A stretch of DNA of 63,883 nt, counting the filler, from an uncultured Methanosarcinales archaeon (GTDB lineage: Archaea; Nanobdellota; Nanobdellia; Woesearchaeales; CAYXTQ01): assembly GCA_964608065.1 (NCBI GenBank). It is 5 parts of 5 records of this genome, joined end to end, with 100 filler letters (N's around TTAATTAATTAA, not from the genome) between each part and the next. Parts side by side here need not be neighbours in the genome. Positions count along the whole stretch, not along the records: positions 15,994 to 31,750 come from CAZSMA010000030.1; 4 more parts are not named here. One strand, 5' to 3'. The position numbers and the translations under genes were made by a program. Below, in pieces: positions 19,901-29,345 of this stretch. The first letter of the stretch is position 1. Each line of letters opens with the position of its first letter. The notes beneath the pieces were generated by a model. That model was not told the DNA's origin. It did no database searches and saw only the letters and a list, made by a program, of their open reading frames with translations.

Positions 19901-20146
19901 TTATCTCTTTTTTCTCTTTTTGCCGCCTCTTTGCATCTTTGCTTCAGATACATTGCCTTTTTTGTCAATGTAATAGAGGAAGCCTGTTTTTCTTTTAATG
20001 CCGCACTTGTGCATTGTTTCCATCTTCTTTCTGTATGGTTTTCCTGGTCTTTTCATGTTGACTCTTGCTGCATTTCCTTTTTTGTCAACAAAATATAGGA
20101 AACCGGGTTCTCTCTTAATTCCACATTTACATACTAATTTCCCCAT
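19901..20146 (-). CDS. Small very basic protein made of two tandem repeats
   Basis: KCGIKREPGFLYFVDKKGN / KCGIKRKTGFLYYIDKKGN; AAGGTGG SD before the ATG at 20146. Confidence 0.8.
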   Translation of the reverse strand: MGKLVCKCGIKREPGFLYFVDKKGNAARVNMKRPGKPYRKKMETMHKCGIKRKTGFLYYIDKKGNVSEAKMQRGGKKRKKR

Positions 20147-20226
20147 GTTTACCACCTTTTTTTTTTTTTTTATATATATTTAATTTTAAATATTATTTGA
20201 GAGGTTGTTTATATACTTTTTGGTTG

Positions 20227-20329
20227 TCGAGAATATACTTCTAGTCGGGAGACGGAGTAAGAATAATAGAAACAGGCATAGCCCTGCTGGCTAAGCAGGG
20301 CAGCCTGTCTCATCCCAAGGTGTACTTGA
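20227..20329 (+). ncRNA. Candidate structured non-coding RNA, family unrecognised
   Basis: GC-rich intergenic island with nested stems (see finding); G-U pairs favour the + strand; TTTATATA at 20208-20215. Confidence 0.45.
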
Positions 20330-20335
20330 GCGTGA

Positions 20336-21181
20336 TTAAGGAGCTGGCTGAGTTTGAGGTATGTGATTTTGTTTTGGTTTTCTGTAAGTTTCAGGATCTG
20401 GAACATTGACTGGTTTGCGTGCTTCTCCTGGAATTATTCCATATTGTTTTCCCCAGTCATAGATTGATTTGCCTTTGATTTTTTCATGGTCAAGTATATA
20501 TGGATCTATCATTCTGACTCCACGAGAACCAAATGTGACACCATAAAGTGTTTTAGAAAGCAGGATTCCTGGGAAATGGACCCAAGGTGGAGCAAAACGA
20601 GCCATTAACATTTCAGGTAATGCAAAATATTTCATAGTTGACTTATAGTTTTTCCACCATACTCTTTTTAAATCTAAATCATACATTCCTTTGAACTTCA
20701 GATTTTCTAGAGGATATTTTACAACATGAGTTGCAGGCCCACCAATAAGATGAACTGCGCTAAGTTCTACAGCTGCTCTTTTAAGCATTCCTGCAGTTGT
20801 TTTGACATTGAATGTGGCATTCATCCAATTATACAAAGCAGAGCCTGGAATTGAGAATGCAGACCAGAAAAGAGTTGTGTTCCTGAATTGTCTAGAAGGA
20901 AAGTCACGTTTTCTGATTTTAGCATTAAGGTATTCTCCTGCTAAACCCATTAACGCAGCACCAGGACCTATAGGTCCTGCTATAAGAAAAGAAGCAGCCA
21001 TAGCTCCAAAGCCAATAGTATAATCTAAGAATTTTTTAAATTTTGATCTTGGGCGGTGATTTCTGATTACTTCTTCTAGGTTTCTTTCATTGTGTAGGTT
21101 GTATTTCTGTAATTCTTCGTTGCTGATTCCTACATCTAGTTTTTCCTCTAACTTCTTCTCAAGTTCACCTTGGTCTGTCAT
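20336..21181 (-). CDS. Membrane protein, possibly Mpv17/PMP22-like
   Basis: Pattern R..R...F......P....YNWM...F...LKR..VE and LKRVWW..YK...P...FAPP resembles Mpv17/PMP22; family call is by eye. Confidence 0.6.
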   Translation of the reverse strand: MTDQGELEKKLEEKLDVGISNEELQKYNLHNERNLEEVIRNHRPRSKFKKFLDYTIGFGAMAASFLIAGPIGPGAALMGLAGEYLNAKIRKRDFPSRQFRNTTLFWSAFSIPGSALYNWMNATFNVKTTAGMLKRAAVELSAVHLIGGPATHVVKYPLENLKFKGMYDLDLKRVWWKNYKSTMKYFALPEMLMARFAPPWVHFPGILLSKTLYGVTFGSRGVRMIDPYILDHEKIKGKSIYDWGKQYGIIPGEARKPVNVPDPETYRKPKQNHIPQTQPAP

Positions 21182-21325
21182 TCAGAGTCACTTTATAATG
21201 GGGGCCACCCACTCTATAATAGTAATTTAGAATAGACACATTTGAGATGGATATATAATCATTTATATTGTAAATAGGTAGTAAAAATAAAAAAATATTT
21301 TAAGGGGAGGCGATTAACATGATAT

Positions 21326-21970
21326 ATGGATGAACAAATTGAAGAAAAAGAAGCATGGTATAAAGGGCCTATAAAGTATATTTTAGGAATTTTTTTGGTT
21401 TTTTTAATAGTTTTAATGGTTCTGCCTAATTATACTGTTAAGTTAGATCCTGAGCCTAAAAAAATTGTTTCAGTTGATGAAGTTATTTTAACTGATGTTG
21501 TTTTGAGCAATAAAAGTTTTAGTTTGAAGACACGTAATGATTTTGTTGAGTTTTTGAAAGTAGATCCTGTTATAAAACAAGCTGCAAACAAGATTGTTAC
21601 AGAAGGTTGTGATAATTCAAGAGTTTGTAATGCTAAAGCCATATATTATTTTGTAAGAGATAATATTGAATATGTTAGTGATCCTGTTAATTTTGAGTAT
21701 GTTGAGGAGCCTAAAGAAGTGTTGGTTACTAAAGGTGGAGATTGTGAATCTGGAACATTATTAATGGCTGCTTTGATGGAATCTGTAGGAATAGATGCTG
21801 AATTGGTCTTTATTCCAGGACATGCTTTCTTAAGGATTAAGTTAGATGAAGCAATGAAAAGGTATAAAAGAGAAGATTATGTTTATTTAGACTGGACTTG
21901 TAAACAGTGTGGGTTTGGAGAGATTCCAATGAAGAATGTTAATGTTAGAAATGATTTCTTGGATGTTTAA
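21326..21970 (+). CDS. Membrane-anchored transglutaminase-like protein
   Basis: YFVRDNIEYVSDP, GGDCES, GHAF, LDWT (Cys-His-Asp triad). Confidence 0.88.
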   Translation: MDEQIEEKEAWYKGPIKYILGIFLVFLIVLMVLPNYTVKLDPEPKKIVSVDEVILTDVVLSNKSFSLKTRNDFVEFLKVDPVIKQAANKIVTEGCDNSRVCNAKAIYYFVRDNIEYVSDPVNFEYVEEPKEVLVTKGGDCESGTLLMAALMESVGIDAELVFIPGHAFLRIKLDEAMKRYKREDYVYLDWTCKQCGFGEIPMKNVNVRNDFLDV

Positions 21971-22008
21971 TGAATAAGAACTGATTATCATAATTTAATT
22001 ATGAATAT

Positions 22009-22269
22009 TTAATCTTCTATAAACTTATGGTATTTTACTATCTTATGTACATCTTCTTCTTGCATTCCTTCATAAGGTGTGGTTTGAAAATTGTTTGGTT
22101 TTTCCTCTTTTTTTATTAAACTCCTTAAACTTGGAAAATCCTTTAACGCCCAATAGCCAATTGCACTTCCAAGAAGAATTATTCCAGCAGAATAAATAAT
22201 AGAAACTGTATCTCCTATAGATTTGATTTGTTCTGGCGTTAGAGCCTGATCTATACTCATGATATCCAT
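22009..22269 (-). CDS. Hypothetical single-TM protein
   Basis: One hydrophobic helix; TATA-like TTTATATG upstream. Confidence 0.55.
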   Translation of the reverse strand: MDIMSIDQALTPEQIKSIGDTVSIIYSAGIILLGSAIGYWALKDFPSLRSLIKKEEKPNNFQTTPYEGMQEEDVHKIVKYHKFIED

Positions 22270-22341
22270 ATCACGTGAAAATTAAAGGGCATATATAAAC
22301 ATTTTGTAACTATAGAATACATAATTTAATTAATAATAAAA

Positions 22342-22905
22342 CTATCTAATCATATCAATAAAATACTTATGAACCCTTAAGTCATTTGTTAGTTCTGGGT
22401 GGAATGTTGTTATCAGGATGTTGTTTTGCTTTAACATCACAGGGTTGTTGTTGAATTCTGATAATATTTCAGAAGATGTGTTGAATGAATGTATTACTGG
22501 AGCTCTTATGAATATTGCTGGGAATGGTTTTTTGAAATTGTTTATTTGAACTTCAGTTTCAAAAGAGTCAATTTGTCTTCCATATTCATTTCTTTTTATT
22601 GCAATGTCTAATAAGCCTAGAGTTGGTAGATTATAGTTTGTGACATCTTTAGCCAGCATTATAGCGCCTGCGCAGGTTCCATAGATTGGCAAGCCAATGC
22701 TGTGTTTTGCGATTATTGCTTTATCCATGTTGTAGTGCTGCATTAATTTAGACATTGTTGTTGATTCTCCACCGGGTATGATTAATGCAGAAATGTTTTC
22801 TAAGTGTTCTGGAAGTTTTACTTTTATTGGTTTATGACCTAGAGCTCTAACTGCGTTTTCATGCTCAATAATGGAGCCTTGTAAAGATAATATTCCAATG
22901 TTCAT
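22342..22905 (-). CDS. pdxT: PLP synthase glutaminase subunit
   Basis: IIPGGESTT, GTCAG, RNEYGRQIDSFE, FIRAP, FHPEL. Confidence 0.97.
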   Translation of the reverse strand: MNIGILSLQGSIIEHENAVRALGHKPIKVKLPEHLENISALIIPGGESTTMSKLMQHYNMDKAIIAKHSIGLPIYGTCAGAIMLAKDVTNYNLPTLGLLDIAIKRNEYGRQIDSFETEVQINNFKKPFPAIFIRAPVIHSFNTSSEILSEFNNNPVMLKQNNILITTFHPELTNDLRVHKYFIDMIR

Positions 22906-22920
22906 TTTTTTTTTAAAGAA

Positions 22921-23802
22921 TTAATGTCCGCGTTCCTGCATCTTGACATCTAATGTGTCAATTTCTAAGCCAGGCATTGCCTGTCCCAGGCCTTCAGATA
23001 TTTCTGCTAATATTTTAGGATCATTATAATGTGTTGTTGCTTTTACAATAGCCTGAGCCATTTTTTCAGGGTTTTTTGATTTGAATATTCCAGAACCTAC
23101 AAAGTTTCCATCACAGCCTAACTGCATCATTAATGAAGCATCAGCTGGAGTTGCTATTCCTCCTGCTGCAAAGTTTACAACAGGCAGTCTTTGTATTTCA
23201 ACAACTTTTTTTACTAATTCAAACGGAACTTTATAGAAATTTGATTTTTGTCTTAATAGTTTTATATCCATTTTTGTTAACGCATGGATTTCTTCAGTAA
23301 TCATTCTCATGTGTTTTACTGCTTCGATTATGTTTCCAGTTCCTGCTTCACCTTTTGTTCTTATCATAGAAGCTCCTTCATGTATTCTTCTTAATGCTTC
23401 TCCCATGTTTCTTGCTCCGCATACAAACGGAACTTTGAATTTATGCTTATCAATATGATATTTATTGTCTGCTGGTGTTAAGACTTCTGATTCATCTATG
23501 AAATCAACTCCTAAATATTCTAGGATTTGTGCTTCAGCAAAGTGACCAATTCTGACTTTAGCCATAACTGGTATTGAAACTGCAGACATTATCTCTTTGA
23601 TTAATTTAGGGTCTGACATCCTGGATACACCGCCTTCTGCTCTGATGTCTGCTGGAACTCTTTCTAAAGCCATGACTGCAACTGCTCCTGCGTTTTCAGC
23701 TATTTTAGCGTGTTCAGCTGTAACTACATCCATAATTACTCCATTCTTAAGCATCTTAGCTAAACCTTTATTCAGAGTTTGAGTTCCTTTTTTTACTTCC
23801 AT
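22921..23802 (-). CDS. pdxS: PLP synthase lyase subunit
   Basis: [46 protein letters not shown]; start set at MEVKKG. Confidence 0.97.
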   Translation of the reverse strand: MEVKKGTQTLNKGLAKMLKNGVIMDVVTAEHAKIAENAGAVAVMALERVPADIRAEGGVSRMSDPKLIKEIMSAVSIPVMAKVRIGHFAEAQILEYLGVDFIDESEVLTPADNKYHIDKHKFKVPFVCGARNMGEALRRIHEGASMIRTKGEAGTGNIIEAVKHMRMITEEIHALTKMDIKLLRQKSNFYKVPFELVKKVVEIQRLPVVNFAAGGIATPADASLMMQLGCDGNFVGSGIFKSKNPEKMAQAIVKATTHYNDPKILAEISEGLGQAMPGLEIDTLDVKMQERGH

Positions 23803-23974
23803 ATTAACCCCCTTTTGTTGAGAATAAAGTTTTGTTAATAAAGTTATCGAAAATAAATAAAGTTTTGAGTATTGAAAGTGCAAAGCCATGAAAACAAAAA
23901 GCTTTATAAATGATTAGTTAATTCTAAACCTAACTCAGTAGTCCCGTGTACTACTTTAACAGTAGGAGGGTAGA

Positions 23975-24766
23975 ATGGATAAGAAACTAATATTAGATGT
24001 TTTAAAAAAAATAAAGGAAAGTTCTAATAAAAGAAAGTTCAAACAGAGTGTAGACTTTATCATAGGATTTAAAAGTTTAGACTTAAAAAAGCCTGATAAT
24101 CAGCTGGATTTATTTATTACTTTGCATCATCCTAAAGGTAAGAAGGTTAAAGTATGCGCTTTAGTTGGGCCTGAATTAATAGACCAGGCTAAGAAAGAAT
24201 GCGATATGGCAATTGCGGTTGATGATTTTGGAAAATATGGAAAAAAAGAAGTTAAAAAATTAAGCAAGGATTATGATTTCTTTATTGCTCAGGCAAATAT
24301 CATGCCAAAGGTTGCAGCTAGTTTTGGTAGGATTTTGGGTCCAAAAGGAAAGATGCCAAATCCTAAAGCTGGATGTATAGTAACGCCTGGAGCAAATATC
24401 AAAGCTTTGTGTGATAAGTTACAGAAGACGATTCATGTCAGTGTCAAGAAAGATCCATTATTCCAATGCTTAGTTGGATTAGAAGATAGTAATGAAGAAG
24501 AAGTTGCAGATAATATAATGGATGTTTACAATAGTATATTATCTCATTTACCAAGTAATGAACATAATATTAAAAGAATGTATTTGAAGCTTACAATGGG
24601 TCCATCAGTAAGATTTGGTGGCAAGGATAAGGAAGTTGTTGTTAAGAAGAAAGAAGAAGAAAAACCTGAGGTCAAAGAAGAGAAACCGATAAAAAAGGAA
24701 ACAGTAAAAGAGAAAAATCCAATAGAGAAAGAAGAATCAAAGAAGAAAAAAAATGTCAGCGCATAA
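23975..24766 (+). CDS. rpl1: 50S ribosomal protein L1 with K/E-rich tail
   Basis: RKFKQSVD, GRILGPKGKMPNPKAG, KLTMGP. Confidence 0.96.
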   Translation: MDKKLILDVLKKIKESSNKRKFKQSVDFIIGFKSLDLKKPDNQLDLFITLHHPKGKKVKVCALVGPELIDQAKKECDMAIAVDDFGKYGKKEVKKLSKDYDFFIAQANIMPKVAASFGRILGPKGKMPNPKAGCIVTPGANIKALCDKLQKTIHVSVKKDPLFQCLVGLEDSNEEEVADNIMDVYNSILSHLPSNEHNIKRMYLKLTMGPSVRFGGKDKEVVVKKKEEEKPEVKEEKPIKKETVKEKNPIEKEESKKKKNVSA

Positions 24767-26123
24767 GACACATCATGTAGCACCTTACAAAAAGGATGTT
24801 GTAAAGAGATTTAAGGAGTTAATAAAGGAATATCCTATTATTGCTACTGTTAATCTTGAGAATATGCCAACTGCTCAGCTTCAGAAGATGAGGGGGCAGC
24901 TTAGAGGCAAGGTTGTTATTTTAATGAGCAAAAGAAGGATAATGAATATAGCTATAGAAGAGTGTAAAGAGTTAAAAAAAGGGGTAGTGGAATTAAACAA
25001 ATATCTTAAAGGTATGCCTGCTTTGATATTCACTAAAGAGAATCCATTCAAGTTATATAAGATGCTGCAGAAGAGCAAGACAAGCGCTCCTGCTAAGCCT
25101 GGACAAACTTCTCCAAAGGATATTTTGATACAAGCTGGACCAACACCATTCGCACCAGGACCTGTTATTAGTGAGTTAAGCATGATTGGTTTGAAAACAG
25201 GTATTGAGGGTGGAAAGGTTGCTATAAAAGAGGACAAGGTTGTTGTTAAGGAAGGAGAAATTATTAATGATAAAGTTGCAAGCATGCTATTAAGACTAGG
25301 GATAACCCCTATGGAAATTGGCCTTGATTTAGTTGCTGCTTATGAAGATGGCACTATATTTACTAAGGATGTTTTATCTGTAGATGAAGAAGAGTATAAA
25401 CAGAAGATTGTTGATGCTGATTCATGGGCGTTTAACTTAGGTGTTGAGGTTAAATATCCTGCTCAAAGAATTTTAGAGCATTTAATTAGCAAAGCATTTA
25501 ATGATTCAAAAGCATTGGCTTTAGGTCAGAAGATAATGTGCAGTTTAGTTGCTGAAGATTTATTAAGCAAGGCTGAAAGAGAAATGTTAGGCTTGAAAGA
25601 AGCTGCTAATATTCCTGATGCTACTAAAGAAGAGAAGAAAGAAGAAGTTAAAGTTGAAGAGAAGCCTAAAGAAGAAAAACCTGTAGAGAAGAAAGAAGAG
25701 CCTAAACCTGAGGTTAAGGAAGAGGTAAAAGAACCAGTTAAAGAAGAACCTAAAAAAGAAGAAAAAACTGAACAACCAGTAGTGGAAGAAAAGACAGAAA
25801 CCATTGAGAAAAAAGAATCAATAGAAAAAGTTGAAAAAGAAATAAAAAAAGAAGAAACAACTGAAGACAAAATCAGTAAAATGGTTGAACAGACTAAGAA
25901 ACGTGCTGCAGGAGTTAAAGAACCAACAGCAAATGATCTTTTGAAAGATGTTAATGGAAAGGAGATAGAAGAGCAAGCTAAAAAGGCTGATGAGTCAAAA
26001 GCAGTTGCAGAAGAGATAATAAAAAGAATACAGAAAGGAGAACAAATTAAGAAGGAAGATATGCCAAGTATAGCTGAATTAGCTGAGAAAAGGAAAAAAG
26101 AAAAAAAAGGAGAGAAATCATAA
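24753..26123 (+). CDS. rplP0: 50S ribosomal protein L10/P0 with long K/E-rich C-terminal extension
   Basis: APAKPGQ...AGPTPFAPGP, LLRLGITPMEIGL; lies between rpl1 and rpl12. Confidence 0.95.
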   Translation: MSAHKTHHVAPYKKDVVKRFKELIKEYPIIATVNLENMPTAQLQKMRGQLRGKVVILMSKRRIMNIAIEECKELKKGVVELNKYLKGMPALIFTKENPFKLYKMLQKSKTSAPAKPGQTSPKDILIQAGPTPFAPGPVISELSMIGLKTGIEGGKVAIKEDKVVVKEGEIINDKVASMLLRLGITPMEIGLDLVAAYEDGTIFTKDVLSVDEEEYKQKIVDADSWAFNLGVEVKYPAQRILEHLISKAFNDSKALALGQKIMCSLVAEDLLSKAEREMLGLKEAANIPDATKEEKKEEVKVEEKPKEEKPVEKKEEPKPEVKEEVKEPVKEEPKKEEKTEQPVVEEKTETIEKKESIEKVEKEIKKEETTEDKISKMVEQTKKRAAGVKEPTANDLLKDVNGKEIEEQAKKADESKAVAEEIIKRIQKGEQIKKEDMPSIAELAEKRKKEKKGEKS

Positions 26124-26155
26124 TCATATTATTAAAATGATGGAGGTTGTTAAAG

Positions 26156-26464
26156 ATGGAATATATATACGCTGCAATGTTATTGCATAAAGCTGGACAA
26201 AAAGTAGATGAGGCTTCAGTAAAAAAAGTATTAGGGGCTGCTGGTGTCAAAGCAGAAGAAGCTAGAGTAAAGGCTTTAGTTGCTGCACTAGACGGCGTCA
26301 ATATTGATGAAGCTATCAAGAAAGCAGCAGTTCCAGTAGCTGCACCTGTTGCAGCAGCTCCAGAAGGGAAAGCTGCTGAAGGTGGAGAAAAGAAAGAGAA
26401 GAAAGAAGAAGAAAAAGTCTCTGAAGAAAAAGCAGCTGCAGGATTAGGAGCTTTATTCGGTTAA
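26156..26464 (+). CDS. rpl12: 50S ribosomal protein L12 (P1)
   Basis: [11 protein letters not shown]...[17 protein letters not shown]. Confidence 0.97.
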   Translation: MEYIYAAMLLHKAGQKVDEASVKKVLGAAGVKAEEARVKALVAALDGVNIDEAIKKAAVPVAAPVAAAPEGKAAEGGEKKEKKEEEKVSEEKAAAGLGALFG

Positions 26465-26530
26465 AATAATTTTTTTTTTTTTATTATTATTTTAATAAAA
26501 ACTACAAATTATAGAGAACGTGAGCGGAAC

Positions 26531-27421
26531 ATGGAAGAAAAGAAAAGAAAAGAACTATTTAAAAAATACTCTGATTTAAGAAAGGAAATAACTGGATTAA
26601 GAGTAAATTTAAATCAAATAGATGAGCAAAAAGAGAGAAGTTTTGAAGAAAAGGAAAAAGTAAGTAGTGAGATTTCTAAACTTATAAGGGAAGTTAAGTA
26701 TTTAAAGCAGAAAAGGAATTCTTTTACTGATAATGTAAAAAAAAAGAAAAACGAAAGGGATAAATCCAGAGACGCATTAAGAAAGAATATAAATGAAGTA
26801 AAAGAGCTGAACAAGAAGAAGACAGAACTGATGAGCAAACTTAAGATTACGGAAGATCCTTCTTTTATTAAGACAAATATCGAAAAATTAGAATCTAAGA
26901 TAGAAACTGAACCTATGTCTTTTGATAATGAAAAAAAAATTATGAAGAAGATTAACGAGTTAAGGAAAAAATTGAAAGGGATGGAGAGTGTAAGAGACTC
27001 TTGGGAAAAGTCAGACAAAGTTTCTAAAGATATTACAGAATTAAAAAGAAAAATAGAGGATACACATCAAACTGTCCAAGTGCAGGCAAAAGAGAGCCAG
27101 AAAAAGCATGAAGATATGATAGAAAAGTCAAAGAAAATAGATGAGTTAAAGGTAAAAGAGGAGAAAAGCTATCAAAAGTTCTTTGAGTTAAAGAAAAAGT
27201 TCAATGAGATTAATGATCAGTTAAAGACCAAGTTAGTTGAGATGAATACATTAAGTGAAGAGCTTAAGAAACATAAGTTAGAAGCAAAAGAGACGAAAGA
27301 GAATGATTTAAAGAAGCTGTTAATGACTAAAGAAGCTGAAGTTCAAGATAAATTAAAGAAAGGAAAGAAATTAACTACAGAAGATATATTAGTTATGCAA
27401 CAAGTAGATAAAGGTAATTAA
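26531..27421 (+). CDS. Archaeal coiled-coil protein (COG1340-like)
   Basis: Continuous heptads, IETEPMSFDNEKKIMK, C-terminal KLKKGKKLTTEDIL. Confidence 0.8.
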   Translation: MEEKKRKELFKKYSDLRKEITGLRVNLNQIDEQKERSFEEKEKVSSEISKLIREVKYLKQKRNSFTDNVKKKKNERDKSRDALRKNINEVKELNKKKTELMSKLKITEDPSFIKTNIEKLESKIETEPMSFDNEKKIMKKINELRKKLKGMESVRDSWEKSDKVSKDITELKRKIEDTHQTVQVQAKESQKKHEDMIEKSKKIDELKVKEEKSYQKFFELKKKFNEINDQLKTKLVEMNTLSEELKKHKLEAKETKENDLKKLLMTKEAEVQDKLKKGKKLTTEDILVMQQVDKGN

Positions 27422-27428
27422 TTTTTTT

Positions 27429-27641
27429 TTATTTCTTATCTTCTATTTTTTTAGAAATGAATTCTGTGTAGAAACACGCGCCACATGTAAGTCTGTCTTT
27501 GTGTTTAGCCATAAAGACTCCTGCACCACATTTAGGGCAGTTTTTGTTTTTTCTTTCTACTTTGTCTCCTTTTTTTTCATAAACATTCCATTTTTGGCTT
27601 GTTTTCTTTAATTTTGGTTTTTTACCTTTTTCTTCTGCCAT
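27429..27641 (-). CDS. rps27ae: 30S ribosomal protein S27ae
   Basis: CPKCGAGVFMAKHKDRLTCGACFYTEF. Confidence 0.96.
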   Translation of the reverse strand: MAEEKGKKPKLKKTSQKWNVYEKKGDKVERKNKNCPKCGAGVFMAKHKDRLTCGACFYTEFISKKIEDKK

Positions 27642-27680
27642 GCTTGAAAACCTCCGGTTTTCGGCACCAACTTCGTTGGT
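27641..27680. repeat. REP-like double hairpin between rps24e and rps27ae
   Basis: GAAAACC-TCC-GGTTTTC and ACCAAC-TTC-GTTGGT; similar to 46926-46974. Confidence 0.7.
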
Positions 27681-27682
27681 TT

Positions 27683-28063
27683 TTATTTACCTTCTTTCTT
27701 TGGTTCTTCCTTTTTTTCTTCTTTTTTAGGCTCTTCTTTCTTTGGTGCTTCTTTTTCTTCTTTTGGTGCTTCTGCTGGTGCTTCTTCTTTTTTAGCACCT
27801 TTCTTCTCTTTGGGTTTAGGTTCAATAGTTTTCATGTCTTTTTCGTTTTTGTATGCAAATGCTGATACTCCTGCTCTTTTTTCACCAAATTTGTTGAAAA
27901 CTTTCTTAACAACTATAAGATTAGCATCTACTTTTAAAATAGTGGCTAGTTTTTCTTTTATCTTTTCTTTGCTTGGAGTTGCTGAATCAAAAGTTATATC
28001 AGCCATAATCTCTGTTCTTGACAAGAGTGGTTTTTCTTCTTTGCTTGTTATGTTTAATTGCAT
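27683..28063 (-). CDS. rps24e: 30S ribosomal protein S24e with K/E-rich tail
   Basis: KPLLSRTEI, ATPSKEKIKEKLA, FG...AFAY. Confidence 0.93.
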   Translation of the reverse strand: MQLNITSKEEKPLLSRTEIMADITFDSATPSKEKIKEKLATILKVDANLIVVKKVFNKFGEKRAGVSAFAYKNEKDMKTIEPKPKEKKGAKKEEAPAEAPKEEKEAPKKEEPKKEEKKEEPKKEGK

Positions 28064-28070
28064 TTTAGAA

Positions 28071-28256
28071 CTACCTTGATTTTATAGCATAGTCTCCTTT
28101 TGCTTTGCATCCAACTTTTTCAGCTATCATTGATTTATTTGGATCTAAAATAGATATTCTTCCCTGCCAGTTTGTTGTGAATTGATTACCATGACAAATA
28201 AGGCATTCATTACCATCAACAAATAATCTGCATTTTTTACATACTTTTTTACTCAT
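28071..28256 (-). CDS. spt4: Transcription elongation factor Spt4 (RpoE'')
   Basis: CKKC...CLICH...TTNWQG...DPNKSMIA...GDYAIK. Confidence 0.95.
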   Translation of the reverse strand: MSKKVCKKCRLFVDGNECLICHGNQFTTNWQGRISILDPNKSMIAEKVGCKAKGDYAIKSR

Positions 28257-28261
28257 TTGTT

Positions 28262-28328
28262 AAAATTCCTCCGGAATTTTTATCATGGGAATCAAAGATT
28301 CCCAGGACACCGAAAATCTTTGATTTTC
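28262..28328. repeat. REP-like triple hairpin between rpo7 and spt4
   Basis: AAAATTCC-TCC-GGAATTTT, TGGGAATC-AAA-GATTCCCA, GAAAATC-TTT-GATTTTC. Confidence 0.7.
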
Positions 28329-28349
28329 CAGTGCATTGAAAATAATTTA

Positions 28350-28934
28350 TTATTTTCGTTTTTTCTTTTTCTCTTTTGGTTTTTCTTTGTTTTCTTTTTT
28401 CTTTTCAGATTCTTGTATCCATTCTAATTTTCCTAAACGAGGCTGCCTCATTGTAAGGCCTAATTTTGGATTAGTAATGTCTTTGAATGAAACTGCTATT
28501 ATTCTTGCTCTGCATATATCATTGACTTTTAATGTCCTTTTTGATTCTTTTCCTAATAAGACTTTGTCTTTTCCAAAGCTGACATAGTCATCCATTGTTT
28601 GTGATATGTGGATCATTCCTTCTGTAGGGCCTAGAACTATGAAAGCTCCGAAATCAGCTATGTCTTTTATTCTTCCTAAAACAACTTCCTGAAGTTCAGG
28701 CTTGAATGTTAATAGTTCAAATTTAGTGTCATAGTATGAAGCTCCATCGCTTGGAATTATTATGCCTTCACCTATGTTATTTACTTTAGACACGTCTATA
28801 ACAATACCTAGTTCCTGAGAGATGTATCCATCATATTTTTTCCTTATTCTTTGTAATATAGCTTCCTCTGGTTTTAAACCAAATAAGCTTGGCGGAACTC
28901 TGATATGGTCTTGTAGTTTTACTCTATAAAACAT
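28350..28934 (-). CDS. rpo7: RNA polymerase subunit Rpo7 (E')
   Basis: DHIRVPP, GEGIIIPSDGASYY, FGAF...GMIHISQ, GLTMRQPRLGK. Confidence 0.97.
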   Translation of the reverse strand: MFYRVKLQDHIRVPPSLFGLKPEEAILQRIRKKYDGYISQELGIVIDVSKVNNIGEGIIIPSDGASYYDTKFELLTFKPELQEVVLGRIKDIADFGAFIVLGPTEGMIHISQTMDDYVSFGKDKVLLGKESKRTLKVNDICRARIIAVSFKDITNPKLGLTMRQPRLGKLEWIQESEKKKENKEKPKEKKKKRK

Positions 28935-28976
28935 TTTATTAGTGTGGGTTAAAGTAGTCCTATTTAAAGGTTTCTC

Positions 28977-29345
28977 TTAAGGTTGTGTTAAGTATTTTTT
29001 TTGTCTTAATGTTATGATTTTTACTTTGTTTTTCTTTAGTTTTTGTTTTAAGGCTTTGTCTTGTGTTGCTACTGCATATTTTAGTTTTTTTGCTGTTTCA
29101 AGGATTGAATCATCTGTATGTAAGTTAGAATTTGTTTTTATGATTTTTACTTTGTTTGCTTTTATTAAAGATAAAGCAAGTTTAGCTGCTTTTTTATGCT
29201 TTAAAGATTGAAATTTTATTATTGATTTTAGTTCATCTATTGTTTTATCTAAGATGTAAAGCTGGTTATTTGCTAATTCTGAGTAAATATCTACTTTGAA
29301 CTGTGCTGGAATTAATACAAAGTTTGTGTCTAAGATTGTTTTCAT
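28977..29345 (-). CDS. PIN-domain protein (Fcf1/Utp24-like)
   Basis: ILDTNF, TDDSIL, VATQDKAL, LRQKKYL; conserved position upstream of rpo7. Confidence 0.9.
   Translation of the reverse strand: MKTILDTNFVLIPAQFKVDIYSELANNQLYILDKTIDELKSIIKFQSLKHKKAAKLALSLIKANKVKIIKTNSNLHTDDSILETAKKLKYAVATQDKALKQKLKKNKVKIITLRQKKYLTQP

Noticed and set aside
20227..20329. Assignment to tRNA, 5S rRNA, SRP or RNase P RNA
   Set aside because: No cloverleaf or T-loop and none of the conserved motifs of those RNAs could be found.
20209..20406. 65-aa minus-strand ORF over the GC-rich island
   Set aside because: Overlaps the upstream gene out of frame with no start signal; base-pairing explains the composition better.
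23803..23889. N-terminal extension of PdxS
   Set aside because: SD-like GGGG precedes the ATG at 23802; the extension spans promoter sequence.
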